This document shows positions 50,040-63,399 of a stretch of 64,000 bases of DNA, piece by piece. Position 1 is the stretch's first letter. Each line of letters opens with the position of its first letter. The stretch lies in NCBI GenBank assembly GCA_964016885.1, contig OZ024743.1:78306001-78370000 (forward strand), read 5' to 3'. A program made the position numbers and the translations under genes. Below the pieces are notes generated by a model. That model made no database searches, was not told the DNA's origin, and was given only the letters and a program-made list of their open reading frames with translations. The stretch is from Eledone cirrhosa. Taxonomy: Eukaryota.

Positions 50040-52540
50040 GTTTTACGTCCATTCGTCCACGTTAGCATGGGTTAGACAGGTTGTCCTGTTGTGGGCAATG
50101 CCAGGTCAGGTGACTATGTCTTGCTCATACAGAACTGATTTTGGCTTGATTTCTACAACTGGATGCCCTTCCTAACATCAACCTCATTTACAGTGGGTAC
50201 TGGCTACACAACCACTTTACAGTGTGGACTGAGTGATTTTTTGTCATGACACCTGGGGCCATACTGTCTATAAGCTTCAGCTTCAGCTTGTACCCATGAG
50301 AAGAAGGGTCTTCTGTATTACTGCATAACGCCAGCGGTCTCAGTCTGTGTCATTGCCTTTGAGAGGTGCAATTGGGCAAGATCAGCTTTTATAACCTCAT
50401 CCCAGGTCTTCTTGGGTTTCCCCACTCCAAGGCTTCCATCGACTTTTAGTGCTCTGCACCTTTTTATGCAGCTGTCATCCTTCATACGCATCACATATCC
50501 ATACCAACATAATCTCCTCTCCTGCACACAACATTTGATTCCTCTGATGCCTAGTCTCTCTCTTAATTCATTTATGATTTGCCATTTGCGTATATTACAC
50601 ATTCGCATATATTACACATCCATCGGAGCATGCAATCTTCATTTCTTTCTAATCTACACAAGTCTTGTGCACAACGCCCAGGTCTCACTACCATGCTACA
50701 TTGCTGTTCATATGCACGAATCATACAGTCTGCTTTTTATTTTGAGGGAAAACCCTTTTGCAGCTTGCAGTGGTAGTAACTCACTGAACTTGCTCCATCC
50801 CATTCTTACTCAGGCTACTGTACTTTCAGAACACCCACCTTCACTGCTAATTCGGTCACTTAGGTAGCAGAAGCTGTCTACTGTTTCTACCAAGCCCTCC
50901 CAGAATTTGAAAGTGCTTGTTTCTTGTTATCATTTACTTTTTACTGTCCCAGTGCAACTGTTACATGTAAAGCCTACATTCTTAGCTAAACTTCCTTACA
51001 TCCCACTACATATCTTGTGTACCCATTGTTTGTATATGGGCAAAGGATGAAATTTCTACTTACACCTTTCCTACATACTCAGCAATGCCATTTCCCTGAG
51101 GGGATCTGGGTTCTGTTTTCTCTTCTACTTACTAGGACCTTAGTCGTTGTCAGGTTGACTTTGAGACCCCTTCTTTCTAGGCCCTGCTTCCATGTTTGGA
51201 ATTTCTTCTCTAGTTCCACTATAGATTCAGCTATAAGTGTAAGATCATCCATGTACAGACGTTCCCATGGGCATCCGGTCTTAAACTCCTCTGTTATAGC
51301 CTGCAATATGATAATAAACAGGAGAGGGCTAAGATCAGAGCCCTGGTGGACACCAACATGTATGCTAAATTCCTCGCTATAGTCATTGTTAACTCTAACT
51401 TTGCTGACTGCTCCCCTATACATGGCTTGTACACCATTCACAAGCCATTCCTCTACTCCTAGTTTTCTAATAGCCTACTAGATTATAGCACTGGGCACTC
51501 TGTCGAAGGCTTTTTCCAGATCGACAAATACCAGCTAGAGCGGCTTACCTTTAGCTAGGTACTTTTCCTGTAACTGCTTCACAAGGAAGAGTGCATCAGC
51601 AGTGCTTTTTCCTGGCACTAACTTAAACTGCATCTGATCTAGATTTACCCTGTCCCCAATCAGCTGTGCTATAACTCTTTCTGTTATTTTCATAACCTGG
51701 TCCATCAGCTTTATACCTCTATAGTTTCCTCTATTTAGTGCATCTCCTTTACCCTTGTAGCAGTTGACAATGATGCTGCTGTGCCAATCATTTGTAATGA
51801 CGCTCTCTAGTATTAGTTAACAATATGTATGGTTATGGTGTGACCTACCGACCTAGATGCTTTCAGCATCTCGGCAGCTATACTCGATGGACCAGTTGCT
51901 TTCCCAGTTTTCATATCCTTAATTGCCTTACTTACTACACTGCTGCTGACTTGTATTGCTTGGGCCTCTATGGGGTCCACTTGGAGTAGCGTCCCTTTCT
52001 CCCATGAATTCTCCTCATTCAGTAAACTTTCATAATGGCTCTTCCACACAGCTTTCTTCTCGACACTTGTGAGAAAAAGCTCACCTTTATCACCCTGGAC
52101 ACACTTCTCACCAATGACATCACAATTTTCTCTAACACACTGCCTCACAATCTTGAACAGTTTGTTAAGGCAGTAGTATGCATTAAGGACTCATAAAACC
52201 TATCCTTATGTTCGTCTGGCAACCCAGATTGTGGTGCGTAAGCAATGTAGCAATTGTTTTATTCAAGACTAGTTTGAATTTAATGATTCTTGCGTTTACC
52301 CAGTTCACTGAGATTATCTTATCCATGCATTTGTCAGCAAATAAGATACCTTCACCACCCAACCTGTAGTCCTTTCCCACCCAGAAAAATTTGTAGCACT
52401 GATTTTTGCCTACAAGGACTCTAGCAGACTCTCCTCTTCCTCTAGTCTCTTGCACACAACATACATCAATTTCCATTTGCTCTAACTTCTCTACGATTTC
52501 CCTTGCTCTTCCTTTCATTGTGCTCACGTTGATGGTGCCA
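50040..52540 (-). mobile_element. Degenerate RTE LINE
   Basis: CVQETR, GKATGPS, HQGSDLSP..YMDD, ERRLCWYG..KPKKTW. Confidence 0.85.
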
Positions 52541-53717
52541 AATCAGAGTTATGGGCATTTGTCATTACTGGTAGTGGAGGGTGTATTTTTGTGGGGTAAT
52601 GTGTATGCTTTCTGTCTCTGAATTAAAGCTTTTGCATGCACACTTGGTAAATCGTGGATTCATATTTATTTATTTGGGGTTGTTCCATCATCTTCAGCTT
52701 ATCCATAGATAATGATAAACAATAATTTCTTCAGGGTAGGGATAGAAAAGATGGTAGTAGTAATGGCAGAATTGTTGGCGTAGGTAATGGGTGAGGATAT
52801 GTTGTATATATATATATATATCATCATCATCATCATCAACCACCATTTTACGTCCGTTCTTCCATGCTAGCATGGGTTAGACGGGTTGTCCTGTTGTGGG
52901 CAGTGTCTGGTCGGCTGACCATGCCTTGCTCATACAGGAACTGATTTTGGCTATCATCTCATTTCTACAGCTGAGTAAACTGGGGCAATGTGAAATAAGG
53001 TGTCTTGCTCAAGGAAACAACACATCACCCGGTCTGAGAATTGAACTCACAACCTTTCGATTGCAAGGCCAATATATATATATACACAGTTCAAGAGTAA
53101 CCAATCTTAAAGAGAGAGATTGAGATAGGTGAGGAGATAGGAGAGGAGAGATTGGTGAATTAGTTAGATTCTACATTCCTTACATCAAACTAAAATATGT
53201 TGACAATCTTTTAATAATGTCTTCCTTGTGAAATTTGTGCTTTTGTTTTGCTTAACTAATGAGTATATATATATGGAGGCACATGGCTTAGTGTTTTGAG
53301 CATTGGCAATTCTCAGACCGGGTGATGTGTTGTTTCCTTGAGCAAGACACTTTATTTCACATTGCTCCAATTTACTCAGCTGTAGAAATGAGATGATAGG
53401 GACTGGGGTCCATATCATTCCACTGTAAAGTAGTCGTGGAGGTGCCATGGTAAAAAAGCACCCAGCACTCACTGTAAATGTGGTTGGTGATAGGAAGGGC
53501 ATCCAGCTGAAGAAATCAAGCCAGAATCAGTTCCCGTCACACCCTTGCAAGCAGACATATGATGAAATGATGATATATATATTTATTAAAATAACAGATT
53601 AAAGTTTAAGCAAAGAATCGCTGCTTTCACCCTTAACGGGATCTTACAGCAAAGCATATACAAACTGAAAGAGAAACTAGGCATAAGAGGAATTACATTG
53701 TGCAGGAGAGGAGATTA

Positions 53718-55488
53718 CACTGTGTAATTAAAAAAAAATTTTTCTCTGTTCCTGGCTTGTAATGACTTTTTTTGTGTTGCTTAGGTCCCAAATAAATAAA
53801 AAAAAGTGCTATTAAACAGTTAAAAGTTTGGGTTTGTAAAAATTCTAAGCTATTCACTAGAATTATTTGTATGCTGGATTTTATGTTGTATGTAAGTTTA
53901 ATTTGCTTATGTTAAATGATTTTTTTATATATGTTTCAGGTTAAATTAAAATTATAAAATAAAGAGTAAAACCTAAAGAAAATTATAAAAGTGCAATAAA
54001 GTATAAAATTGTTAAAAAGTGGATTAAAGAGATTTATTGATACTGGGGTACCAGAAAAAGTTCCTCACTTCCCAATCCAAAAAGAAGTTAATGACTTGGT
54101 CAGGGATATGGTTCTGACCAAGTCCAATGCAGAGTCATTCGTCTCCAGGATGAAGCAATGGAACTTGGTCAAGGAGGAAGTGCAGGTGACAAGTCAGAGA
54201 AGTCGACACAAACCTTTCTCAGGCTTTACACTCTTAGGGATGGTCTCTGCTTCTGCCATGATGTGCCTGGACTGTTTCACGTTATTGGGGTGACGTTTGT
54301 GCTCAAGGAGTGGCGGCTATTTATAGACAGCTCCACCACAAGTTTGAAGGCTGTCCTCCTCCACAATGGAAACAAGTTCCCGACACTGCCCCTAGCTCAT
54401 TCAGTCTGCCTGAAGGAAGATTGCTACAGTGTGAAAGTCCTCTTGGAAGCTCTGCAATACAACCAGTACAATTGGGAAATTATTGGTGACTTCAAGATGG
54501 TAGCTTTCCTGTTTGGACTCCAAGGAGGCTTTATCAAATCCCAATGCTTCCTCTGCCTTTGGGATAGCAGACCCACGCCTGACCACTACAAAAGAAAGAA
54601 CTGTAAGCAGCGAACAGAATTTGTAGTTGGGACTTGGAATGTCATGTGGGAGCCACTGGTTGATCCCAGGATTGTGCTCATGCCGCCACTGCACATTAAG
54701 TTGGGGTTGATGAAGCAGTATGTGAAGGCTCCCAACCAAGAATCAGCAGCTTTTAAGTACCTTCTTGAATGCTTCCCCAAGTTATCTGAGGCCAAAATCA
54801 AAGGTGGAATTTTTGTTGGAGCTCAGATAAAGGTGTTTGAGTCTACCGAGTTCTCCAATAAGCTCAATAGGATTGAGAGAACAGCATGGAACTGTTTCGA
54901 GGCAGTTGTTAAGGGCTTCCTGGGCACCTACAGAGCTGAAAACTACCAGCAACTGGTGCAAGATCTGATAAAGGCTTGTGGCACCATGGGATGCAGGATG
55001 TCGCTTAAACTCCATATGCTGGACGCTCACCTGGAAAAATTCAAGGACAATATGGGCGCCTACTCAGAAGAACAAGGGGTGAAAGAGATAGAGTGGAGGT
55101 ACCAGGGCCACTACAATGAAAAAATGATGGGGGACTATATCTGGGCGCTAGTGCGGGAATGCGACCTGGACTACAACCGCAAATCCAGGAAATGAAGTCA
55201 TTTCTGATGTGTATCAGTTGCTTTATAAGTGTTATTTGTTTTTACTTGTTTGCTTTTGATAAGCTTGTGTAATAAAATAAATATATACTCTGTTGATTTA
55301 ATTATATGAACTGATAAATTAAAAAAAAATGTGTATTTTCTTGAAAAATATGAAAATTTTGAAATATCAAACTTCTGACCACAAACACAAACTTCTGATT
55401 AAATAATAGTGTTTTTTTATAATAATGGGATATAACAAACCAGGAAATGACACTTAGAACCAGGGAACAAAAAATATGTTACACAGTG
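53718..55488 (+). mobile_element. Chapaev3-type (CMC) DNA transposon with TIRs and TTA TSD, nested in an RTE fragment
   Basis: tta|CACTGTGTAA...TTACACAGTG|tta; flanks rejoin into an RTE ERRL..YGHV segment. Confidence 0.85.
54009..55195 (+). pseudogene. Chapaev transposase (frameshift near 54230, small deletion near SEEQG)
   Basis: WRLFIDSS..SLKAVLLH, GDFK, CFLCLWDSR, PPLHIKLG, MSLKLH, SEEQG, MMGDY. Confidence 0.85.
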
Positions 55489-56467
55489 TTATGTTAGTAT
55501 GGGCATGTGATGTGTATGAAGAATGACAGCTGAATAAAAAGGTGCCGGGCACTCTAAGTTGATGAAAGGTATGGAATAGGAAGACCCAGGAAGATTTGGG
55601 ATGAGGTGATAAAAACTGACCTTGCACAACTGCACCTCCCAAATTCAATGACATAGGACCGAGATCTCTGGCATTATGCAGTAATGAGCACAGCCTAAGC
55701 ATACATCTAGTATGCATCACCTTCACCTCCATCCCCCCTTCCATACACCACCCACGTCATAACTCCCACCCATGTCCTAACAATCTGCCTCCTCACACAT
55801 GCCCATATACCCATCTCCCTAGTCCCCACACATCTCCCCTACCAAAGTCCCCAACACACACTGTAAAGTGGTTGTGATGGTGACACAATAAAAAGTGCCC
55901 AGCCCACACTTTAATTGTTCATGTAGATATCATAACAAAATGCATCCAACCCATACTGTAAAGTGGTCTTGTAGGTGTCTTGACAAAAAGCACCCAACCC
56001 CCATTATAAAGTGGTTGTGTAGATGTCACAACAAAAAAACATCCAGTTCACACTGTAAATGTGGTTGGCATTAGGAAGGGCATCCAGCTGAAGAAACCAA
56101 GCCAAAATCAGTTCTGTCTGAGGAAGACATGGTCATGTGACCTGGCCTATCTCACATGACAACTCGTCTAACACATGCTAGCGTGGAAAAAAATGGGTGT
56201 TAAATGATGAGGGTGAAGATGGTGATGATAATATATATATATGTATCATCATCATCATCACCACCCTTTAATTTTATTCCATTCAGCTACAGAAGCAGTG
56301 ACCCTCATTTTTACCACAACATCTAGGATGTGGGAAGGAGCAAAAGAGTCACTGACTGTGGCATCCCAAATCATTAAATCCTTCTAAAATGAAAAATTTA
56401 TATTTAATGAGGTTTCCATTCTCTATTGAATATATGTGATTAAGATTACATTCTGTTTTCCCTATAG

Positions 56468-56622
56468 ATTTGGTCGCAAACCCATATTTCTCCTGACAAG
56501 TTCATGTGTGGCTATTTTTGGAACTGGTAAAATCTTCATACCATCATTAACTATTTTTATGGTTCTTCATTGTATTCATGCTGCTGCAATTGTTGGTATT
56601 ATATTGACCCTGTATTTACTGA
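56468..56622 (+). CDS. SLC22-like exon (FGRKPIF...)
   Basis: tatag/gtaag splice sites, 155 bp; completes the MFS motif A DRFGRK. Confidence 0.92.
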
Positions 56623-56781
56623 GTAAGTTATTCTCCAAACTGTTTTTCTCAAAGAAATTTTTTTCGTTTCTGTCACTGCCCACTCTCCACTTAATTTCAC
56701 ATTCTATTTTCCTACTATCTCAAGCATAAAACTAATATATTTCTTCATTGCATACACACACACACACACATATATATATAT

Positions 56782-57765
56782 ATCATCATCATCATTTTAC
56801 GTCCACTTTTCCCTGCTTGCAAGGGTGGGTTGAGTCTTATTCAGCACAACATCTCTCCACTTGTTACAGTACTTCGTCATCACCACTGTGAGCTTCAGCA
56901 ATCTGAGGTCTGCTCTCACCACCTCCGCCCATGTTTTTTGTGGTCTTCCTCTACTATGTCTTCCTTCAACTGCCATTTATTGGCATTTCTTCACCCATCA
57001 GTCATCCTCCATGCGCATCACATGTCCAAACCATCGCTGTCTCCTCTCCAGCACATTACAATTTATACCTCTCAGACACAGTTTCTCTCTCAACATATCC
57101 ATGCTCGGCCGTTCATTGATATTGCACATCCAACGGAGCATGCATGCCTCATTTCTCTCCAGCCATCACATAACCTCTGCAGTTGAGGCCGTCTCTCACT
57201 ACCATGCAGCATCGTACACCTCACACAGGCATCCTATAACCGGCCTTTCGTATGCAGGGAGAAACCCTTCTTCGTCAGCAGAGGAAGCAGCTCCCTAAAC
57301 TTCTTCCAACCCGTCCTTATTCTAGATACTATGGCCTTGGAACACCCCCCTCCCATGCTAATCTGATCACCTCGGTACCGGAAGCTATCAACCACTTCTA
57401 TAGCATTCACCTGCATTTGAAAAATGTGTCTATCAATGTGACTTCTACTGTCAAATTTCCCTGTACATCTACTGCATACGTATTTCTCCCTACCTGTTAG
57501 TTTGCCTGCTATCCCACTACATCTCTTGTGTACCCAAGATCGGGATTGTGTACATTTTATAGAATTTATGCCAGTTCCTTTTCTGCATATCGAACATAGC
57601 CATTTCCTTGACGGAATCAGAGTTTTGTCCTCTTTTCTACTCATCAAGACTTTTGTCTTAGCTAGGTTCACTTTCAGTCCTCTTGATTCCAGCTGCTGTT
57701 TCCATAGCCAGAATTTATTCTCCAGCTCCTCTACTGATTCTGCTATAAGAACTAGATCAGCATAG
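56782..57765 (-). mobile_element. 5'-truncated RTE LINE, close relative of the 26065-27075 segment
   Basis: High nucleotide similarity; PHD-like finger; (GAT)n tail. Confidence 0.9.
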
Positions 57766-57878
57766 AGATATATATATATATTAAAGTGTTAAACAATATT
57801 CAATGATTATGTCAAAGAATAAGTTTTACAGTAGATTGGAAGCACTCTACGGCAAAAAAAAATTTTCCGGAGTTATTA

Positions 57879-57957
57879 ATATTAAAATATAAATATTAAT
57901 AAAATAAATGTTCTTTTGAAAAGAACATTTATTTTATTAATATTTATATTTTAATAT
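57879..57957. repeat. Perfect AT-rich palindrome (39-bp arms, 1-nt loop)
   Basis: atattaaaat...gttctttt g aaaagaac...attttaatat. Confidence 0.85.
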
Positions 57958-58135
57958 ATATATATATATATATACATATATAATAGGTAAAAATCGGATT
58001 ATCACAGATAAGTGGTACAGTAGGATTTATTTCTAGCATTTACATATGTTTCACCTTGTTGTCATCTTGAAATGGCTATACACTATTATCAATCGTGAAA
58101 AATCGAATTCAAATACAGAAGAATATATTACAATG

Positions 58136-60290
58136 TTAGATAAATGGGAGAAGGATAGTCTCCCCCAGATCGATCCGGGGAGAATAAATGGGAGAAGGAT
58201 AGTCTGCCCCAGATCGATCCAATAGAGGGACCAGCAGTGTTAGTTGAAGGTAGTATAATAAGTAAGGCAATCAAAGATATGAAGACGGGTAAGGCGGCTG
58301 GGCCTTCGGAATTAGTTGCTGAGATGCTGAAGGCCTCTGGAACGGTGGGACACACCATGGTCACCCGGATAGTAAACCAAGCCATACAGAATGGAATGGG
58401 ATTGTTCCGAAGGACTGGCGTAGCAGCATCATCATTAACTGTTACAAGGGTAAAGGAGACGCCCTAGATAGGAGTAACTATAGAGGCATTAAATTAATCG
58501 ACCAGGTCATGAAGGTCACGGAAAAAGTAATAGTGCAACTAATCAGAGAGAGAATCGATCTAGATGAAATGCAGTTCGGGTTTGTGTCAGGCAAAAGTAC
58601 CACAGACGCTCTTTTCATTGTACGACAACTACAGGAGAAGTACCTAGCTAAAAGTAAACCCCTATACTTAGCCTTTGTCGACTTGGAGAAAGCCTTCGAC
58701 AGAGTCCCCCGTTCCATTATCTGGTGGGCTCTTAGAAAACTAGGTGTTGACGAATGGCTTGTGAGAGCTATACAAGCCATGTATAAAGAAACAGTGAGCA
58801 AGGTTAGAATTAACAACGAATATAGTGAAGAGTTTAGCGTAAAAGTTGGTGTCCATCAGGGCTCTGTTCATAGCCCCCTACTATTTATTATTGCCCTTCA
58901 GGCTATAACAGAGGAGTTCAAGACCGGCTGCCCATGGGAACTCCTATACGCAGATGATATAACGCTCATAGCTGAATCAATGGCCGAGCTAGAGAAGAAA
59001 TTCCAAACATGGAAGCACGGCCTAGAATCAAAAGGCCTTAAAATTAACCTGGCTAAGACTAAAGTTCTAGTTTGTAGGAAAGAAAATAAGGCACCGGTCC
59101 CTTCCGAGAAATGGCCATGCTCAGTGTGTAGGAAAGGCGTAGGTAGAAACTCCATTTTATGTCCCAAATGCAAAGTATGGGTGCATAAAAGATGTAGTGG
59201 GATCACAGGTAAGCTAACTAAGAACACAGATTTTACATGTGGCCAGTGCTCTGGTGCAATAAGTAGCAGCAAATGCCCACAAAATACTAGCTCTTTCAAT
59301 TGCGCAGAGGGTTCTATAGAAATAGTGGACAGCTTCCGTTACCTGGGTGACAAAATCAGCAGTGGGGGAGGGTGCTCTGAAAGTACAGTAGCTAGAGTCA
59401 GAACTGGATGGAAAAAGTTCAGAGAGCTTATACCACTATTAGCCGCTAAAGGGTTCTCCCTAAAAATGAATTCAGGTTGTATGATGCCTGCATATGAACA
59501 GCAATGTTGCATGGCAGTGAGACCTGGGCATTGTGTGCAGAGGATATACGCAGACTAGAGAGGAATGAAGCTTGCATGCTCCGCTGGATGTGTAATAGTA
59601 ATATACGCGAACGGCAAAGCATAAACGAACTAAGGAAAAAATTAGAAATAAGAGGGATCAGATGTTGTTTACTCGAGAGAAGGCTACGTTGGTATGGTCA
59701 CGTGATGCGCATGAAAGACGACAGCTGTATAGCAAAGTGCAGGGCAATAAAGATAGACGGTAGCCACGGAGTAGGCAGACCCAGAAAAACCTGGGACGAG
59801 CTGATAAATTCCGACCTCACACACTTACACCTCTCCAAGACAATGTCACTGGACCGAGACCTTTGGCGGTACTCAGTAATAGAGAAGACCCACCTTACCT
59901 AAATACAAAGTAAAACCTACTACAGTCAGTAGGCATCTCTAACAAAATACAGCCCCGTCCCACCACCCCCACCCCATCCACACCGCCCCTTTCAATGTAA
60001 AGTTATGTTGGTGCCACAAAATCCAGGCCGAAACAAATGAGATCGTGTAGGTGTCACGACAAAAAAACACACAGTCCATGCTGTAAATGTGGCCGTGTAG
60101 GCAACACGGTAAAAACCTCCCAGCCCCACACTGTAAATGTGGTTGGTGTTAGGAAGGGCATCCAACTGTAGAAAACCCGCCAGACAGTCCTATGCGAGCA
60201 AGACAACCACTCTTGCCTCAAGTGGGAAAACTCCCGTCCAAACCCATGCAAGCGTGGAACATGGACGTTAAACGATGATGATGATGATGT
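58136..60290 (+). mobile_element. 5'-truncated RTE LINE (RT, PHD-like finger, 3'UTR, (GAT)n tail)
   Basis: ORFs 58237-58467, 58509-59558 and 59504-59902: QFGF, FVDLEKAFDRV, HQGS, YADD, FRYLG, RRLRWYGHV. Confidence 0.92.
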
Positions 60291-60995
60291 TACTGGCTAA
60301 TTTTCGAAACAGAGTTGCGGATTTCCATCAAATCGACCTTATAAGTGTATACACACTCAAGGGAGATAAAGGTAATATAATTATTCAAAAACAATAGGGA
60401 CTTATTCAACAACAAGTATATTAAAATTTTAGCATTCATATTACTCTATATTTACTATTGTATTTTAACATAATTATCTCACATAATACTGACTCCATGA
60501 GATTTTGATATTAGTTATTTTGAGAACAATAACTTGACATCAGTATGATCGGCCAGTTACAGTTGGTTTGAACAGAAAGAGGTGAGAGAATTCTGACCTG
60601 ATATGGCCAGTTTAAATGCTAATGGGTTAAGGCCATTTCTTCTGCTAAAGTAGGGGTTTAGCCTTGCAGGCCCCATGACAAGCTTCTCCATTTTTTCCTT
60701 ATTGACTGCACTCCCTCTCACTAATCCCCTGGTCTTCTTTTCTTCCTCTATTGTCTTTAGCCATATCTTTCCTGGTCTTCCCCAGTTTCCTATCACATCC
60801 ATTTCTATCACTTCTCCCACCCAGTCACTTTCATCCTTCCTCAATACATGCACCATCCATCTCATTCCATTTCTCTCTCCATAAAATTCATCACTGGCTC
60901 TATTCCCATCATACTCTACAATCCATTGTTTGTCTTCTTCTTCTCTTCACAAATATAAATTATATTGATAATCTTTTTTTTATTTTATTTTACAG

Positions 60996-61164
60996 TTTTA
61001 GAATTTTCTTCTTCCAGTATCCGTACACCTGTGAACTTTGTTTATATGACTGTGTTTACAATTGCATCAATGGTTTTAGTAGCTATTGCTTATGCCATAC
61101 CTGACTGGCATTATCTTGAGCTGACTGTATGCATTTTACCAATAATCAATCTATTTTTCTGGAA
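60996..61164 (+). CDS. SLC22-like exon (ILEFSSSSIR...IPDWHYL...FFWK)
   Basis: tacag/gtgagt splice sites, 169 bp, phase-consistent. Confidence 0.9.
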
Positions 61165-62610
61165 GTGAGTTAAGTATATTTTATGTAACTATTTTATTTC
61201 ATATTTCTTTTTTTAATTCTTTTACTGGTTTCAGTCATTAGACTTTGGTCATACTGGAGCACCATTTTGAACGTTTTTAATCAGTTATATTGATTTCAGT
61301 AATTACATTTTCATGCTTGATGCTTATTCTAGATATACATTTATATACATATACATTTAGAAGCAGTAGCACTAAGAGAGCATTGTGCATAATAGGGATG
61401 TATATAATAATATATATAATATGTTTGTGTACAATATATACCTGAAAATCTCATTATCAAAGAAAAAATAGATTTTCATAATGAAAAAAGTATTTTTCAC
61501 TTTTGTTTTGTGAACAATATGTCAAAAATACCTGAGTAGCCAGTGAGAATGCCAGACAGCTGTTTCAAATTTCATTAATCTTTTATTAGTGACATTCACT
61601 CAACTAGTTCTGAGATGAAAATACACTAGAGCCTTTATAGATTTTGCTGGTGATGCTCATTTGCATATAGCAGATAGAAAACATCAGCTGTACATAAATA
61701 TATTGTATATTCTGCACAGTGTTATCTTAGTGCTACTCTCAATTAAATATAACCTGCCAAGTTAGCACTATAAGCAAATGAGCATTTCCAGTTGATGTTT
61801 TCTATTTGCAACATGCTGTGATGTTGAAGACCCGTCCACAAGCATACAGTACAATATGACCTGACCCATCCATGAGTTCCCCCATTCCACTAGCACTCCC
61901 CAGCAGTTATCCCCACCACCTCTGCATCCTGCACCCATCCTCCATCCAGTACCACTCCTTAGCTATTACCCCTGAAAAACTCTTAGATACTCTCACTAAT
62001 GTACCCACTAATGCACCCACTAGCATTGCCCACAACAGAACAACCTGTCTAACCCATGCTAGCATGGAAAATCGACATAAACATCCAGCCCACAATGTAA
62101 AGTGGTCATGTAAAAGACAGCAAAAACACCCAGCGCACACTGTAAATGTGGTTGACACTATGAAGGACATCCAGCCATAAAAAAACAGCCAGAAACAGTC
62201 CTAAATGAGCGAGATACAGTCACCCAAACCAACTTTCCCCTAAATGGAGAAAACCCGTCTAACCCATGCTAGCATGGAAGATGATGATGATGGTGATATA
62301 TATATAACCAACAGAGAAAAATAAAAATGTTTTACCATAATACATGGAACATCTCAATGAATGAGATAGGTTAAAATGTCTAGATCAGAAAAGCATATAA
62401 ACACAGTTTAAGTTACGCCAAAGATGCAAGTGAAATTCTCTTGTATCATTTAGTTTGGTCTGCATTTTCACCTTTTGGAGATTTTGACATAAGTTAAACA
62501 ATGTTTATATATATAGTATTTATATTAACTATGTGTTTCTCCACAGTTTCTGTCTACCGCATTTCAATTGCAAAGCCAACTCCTAAACCACACAGTCATA
62601 TCGGTACCTA

Positions 62611-62959
62611 CCGTATTTCCCGGCGCCGAAGACACTTCATCCTCGAGGACACACTCTAATTTTGGCAACCAAAAATTTTATTTTTAAATAATTGTTTCTA
62701 CTTTTGGCACAAGGCCAGCAATTATCCCAGTGCCTTACTGGTACTTTATTTTATCGACCCCGTAAGGATGAAAGGCAAAGTTAACCTTGGCGGGATTTGA
62801 ACTCAGATCATAAACTCTATGCTGCAAAGTATGGCGTCCGACCCTCTACCGATACTGCCAATCCACAATAATAAACAACCTTCAGCCTCCAAGACGCAAG
62901 ATAGATTTTTGAGACTTAATTTAGGAAAAAATTAGCGTCTTCAATGCTGGGAAATATGG
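62611..62959. mobile_element. pogo/Tigger-like MITE with TA TSD, interrupted by a SINE (~62690-62870)
   Basis: ta|CCGTATTTCCCGGC..GAAGAC / GTCTTC..GCTGGGAAATATGG|ta. Confidence 0.7.
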
Positions 62960-63029
62960 TAATTTATTTTACATTCTTCAAACACTAAAACTCAACATCC
63001 TTTCTTTTTTTTTTATATTAATATTCCAG

Positions 63030-63299
63030 GTGTATTCCTGAGTCTCCAAGGTGGCTTATTGGAAGAAAACATTTCAGAGAAGCACAACTAATTTTAAAGA
63101 AAATTATGAAGAAAAATAAAATAGATCATGAAGAAGTTTTTGATATTTTTACAAATAATGAGGAGATTTCATTGGAAAACAATTTTCAACAAAATATAGA
63201 TGAGAAAAAAATATCAAAAAAAGAGCGAAACTACAGTTTTATTGATCTGTTTAGAACATTCCGGCTTGCAATGATCACACTTAATATTTGTTTAAGTTG
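63030..63299 (+). CDS. SLC22-like exon (CIPESPRWL...DLFRTFRL...CLSW); gene continues beyond the window
   Basis: ttccag/gtaagt splice sites; PESPRWL signature. Confidence 0.93.
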
Positions 63300-63399
63300 G
63301 TAAGTATGTCTTTGTTATATTCTTCAATGTCTCATAACATATGGCTGTATTATTATATTACTGTAATGTATTAAGTTATACATATTATAGAGCCCTTTA

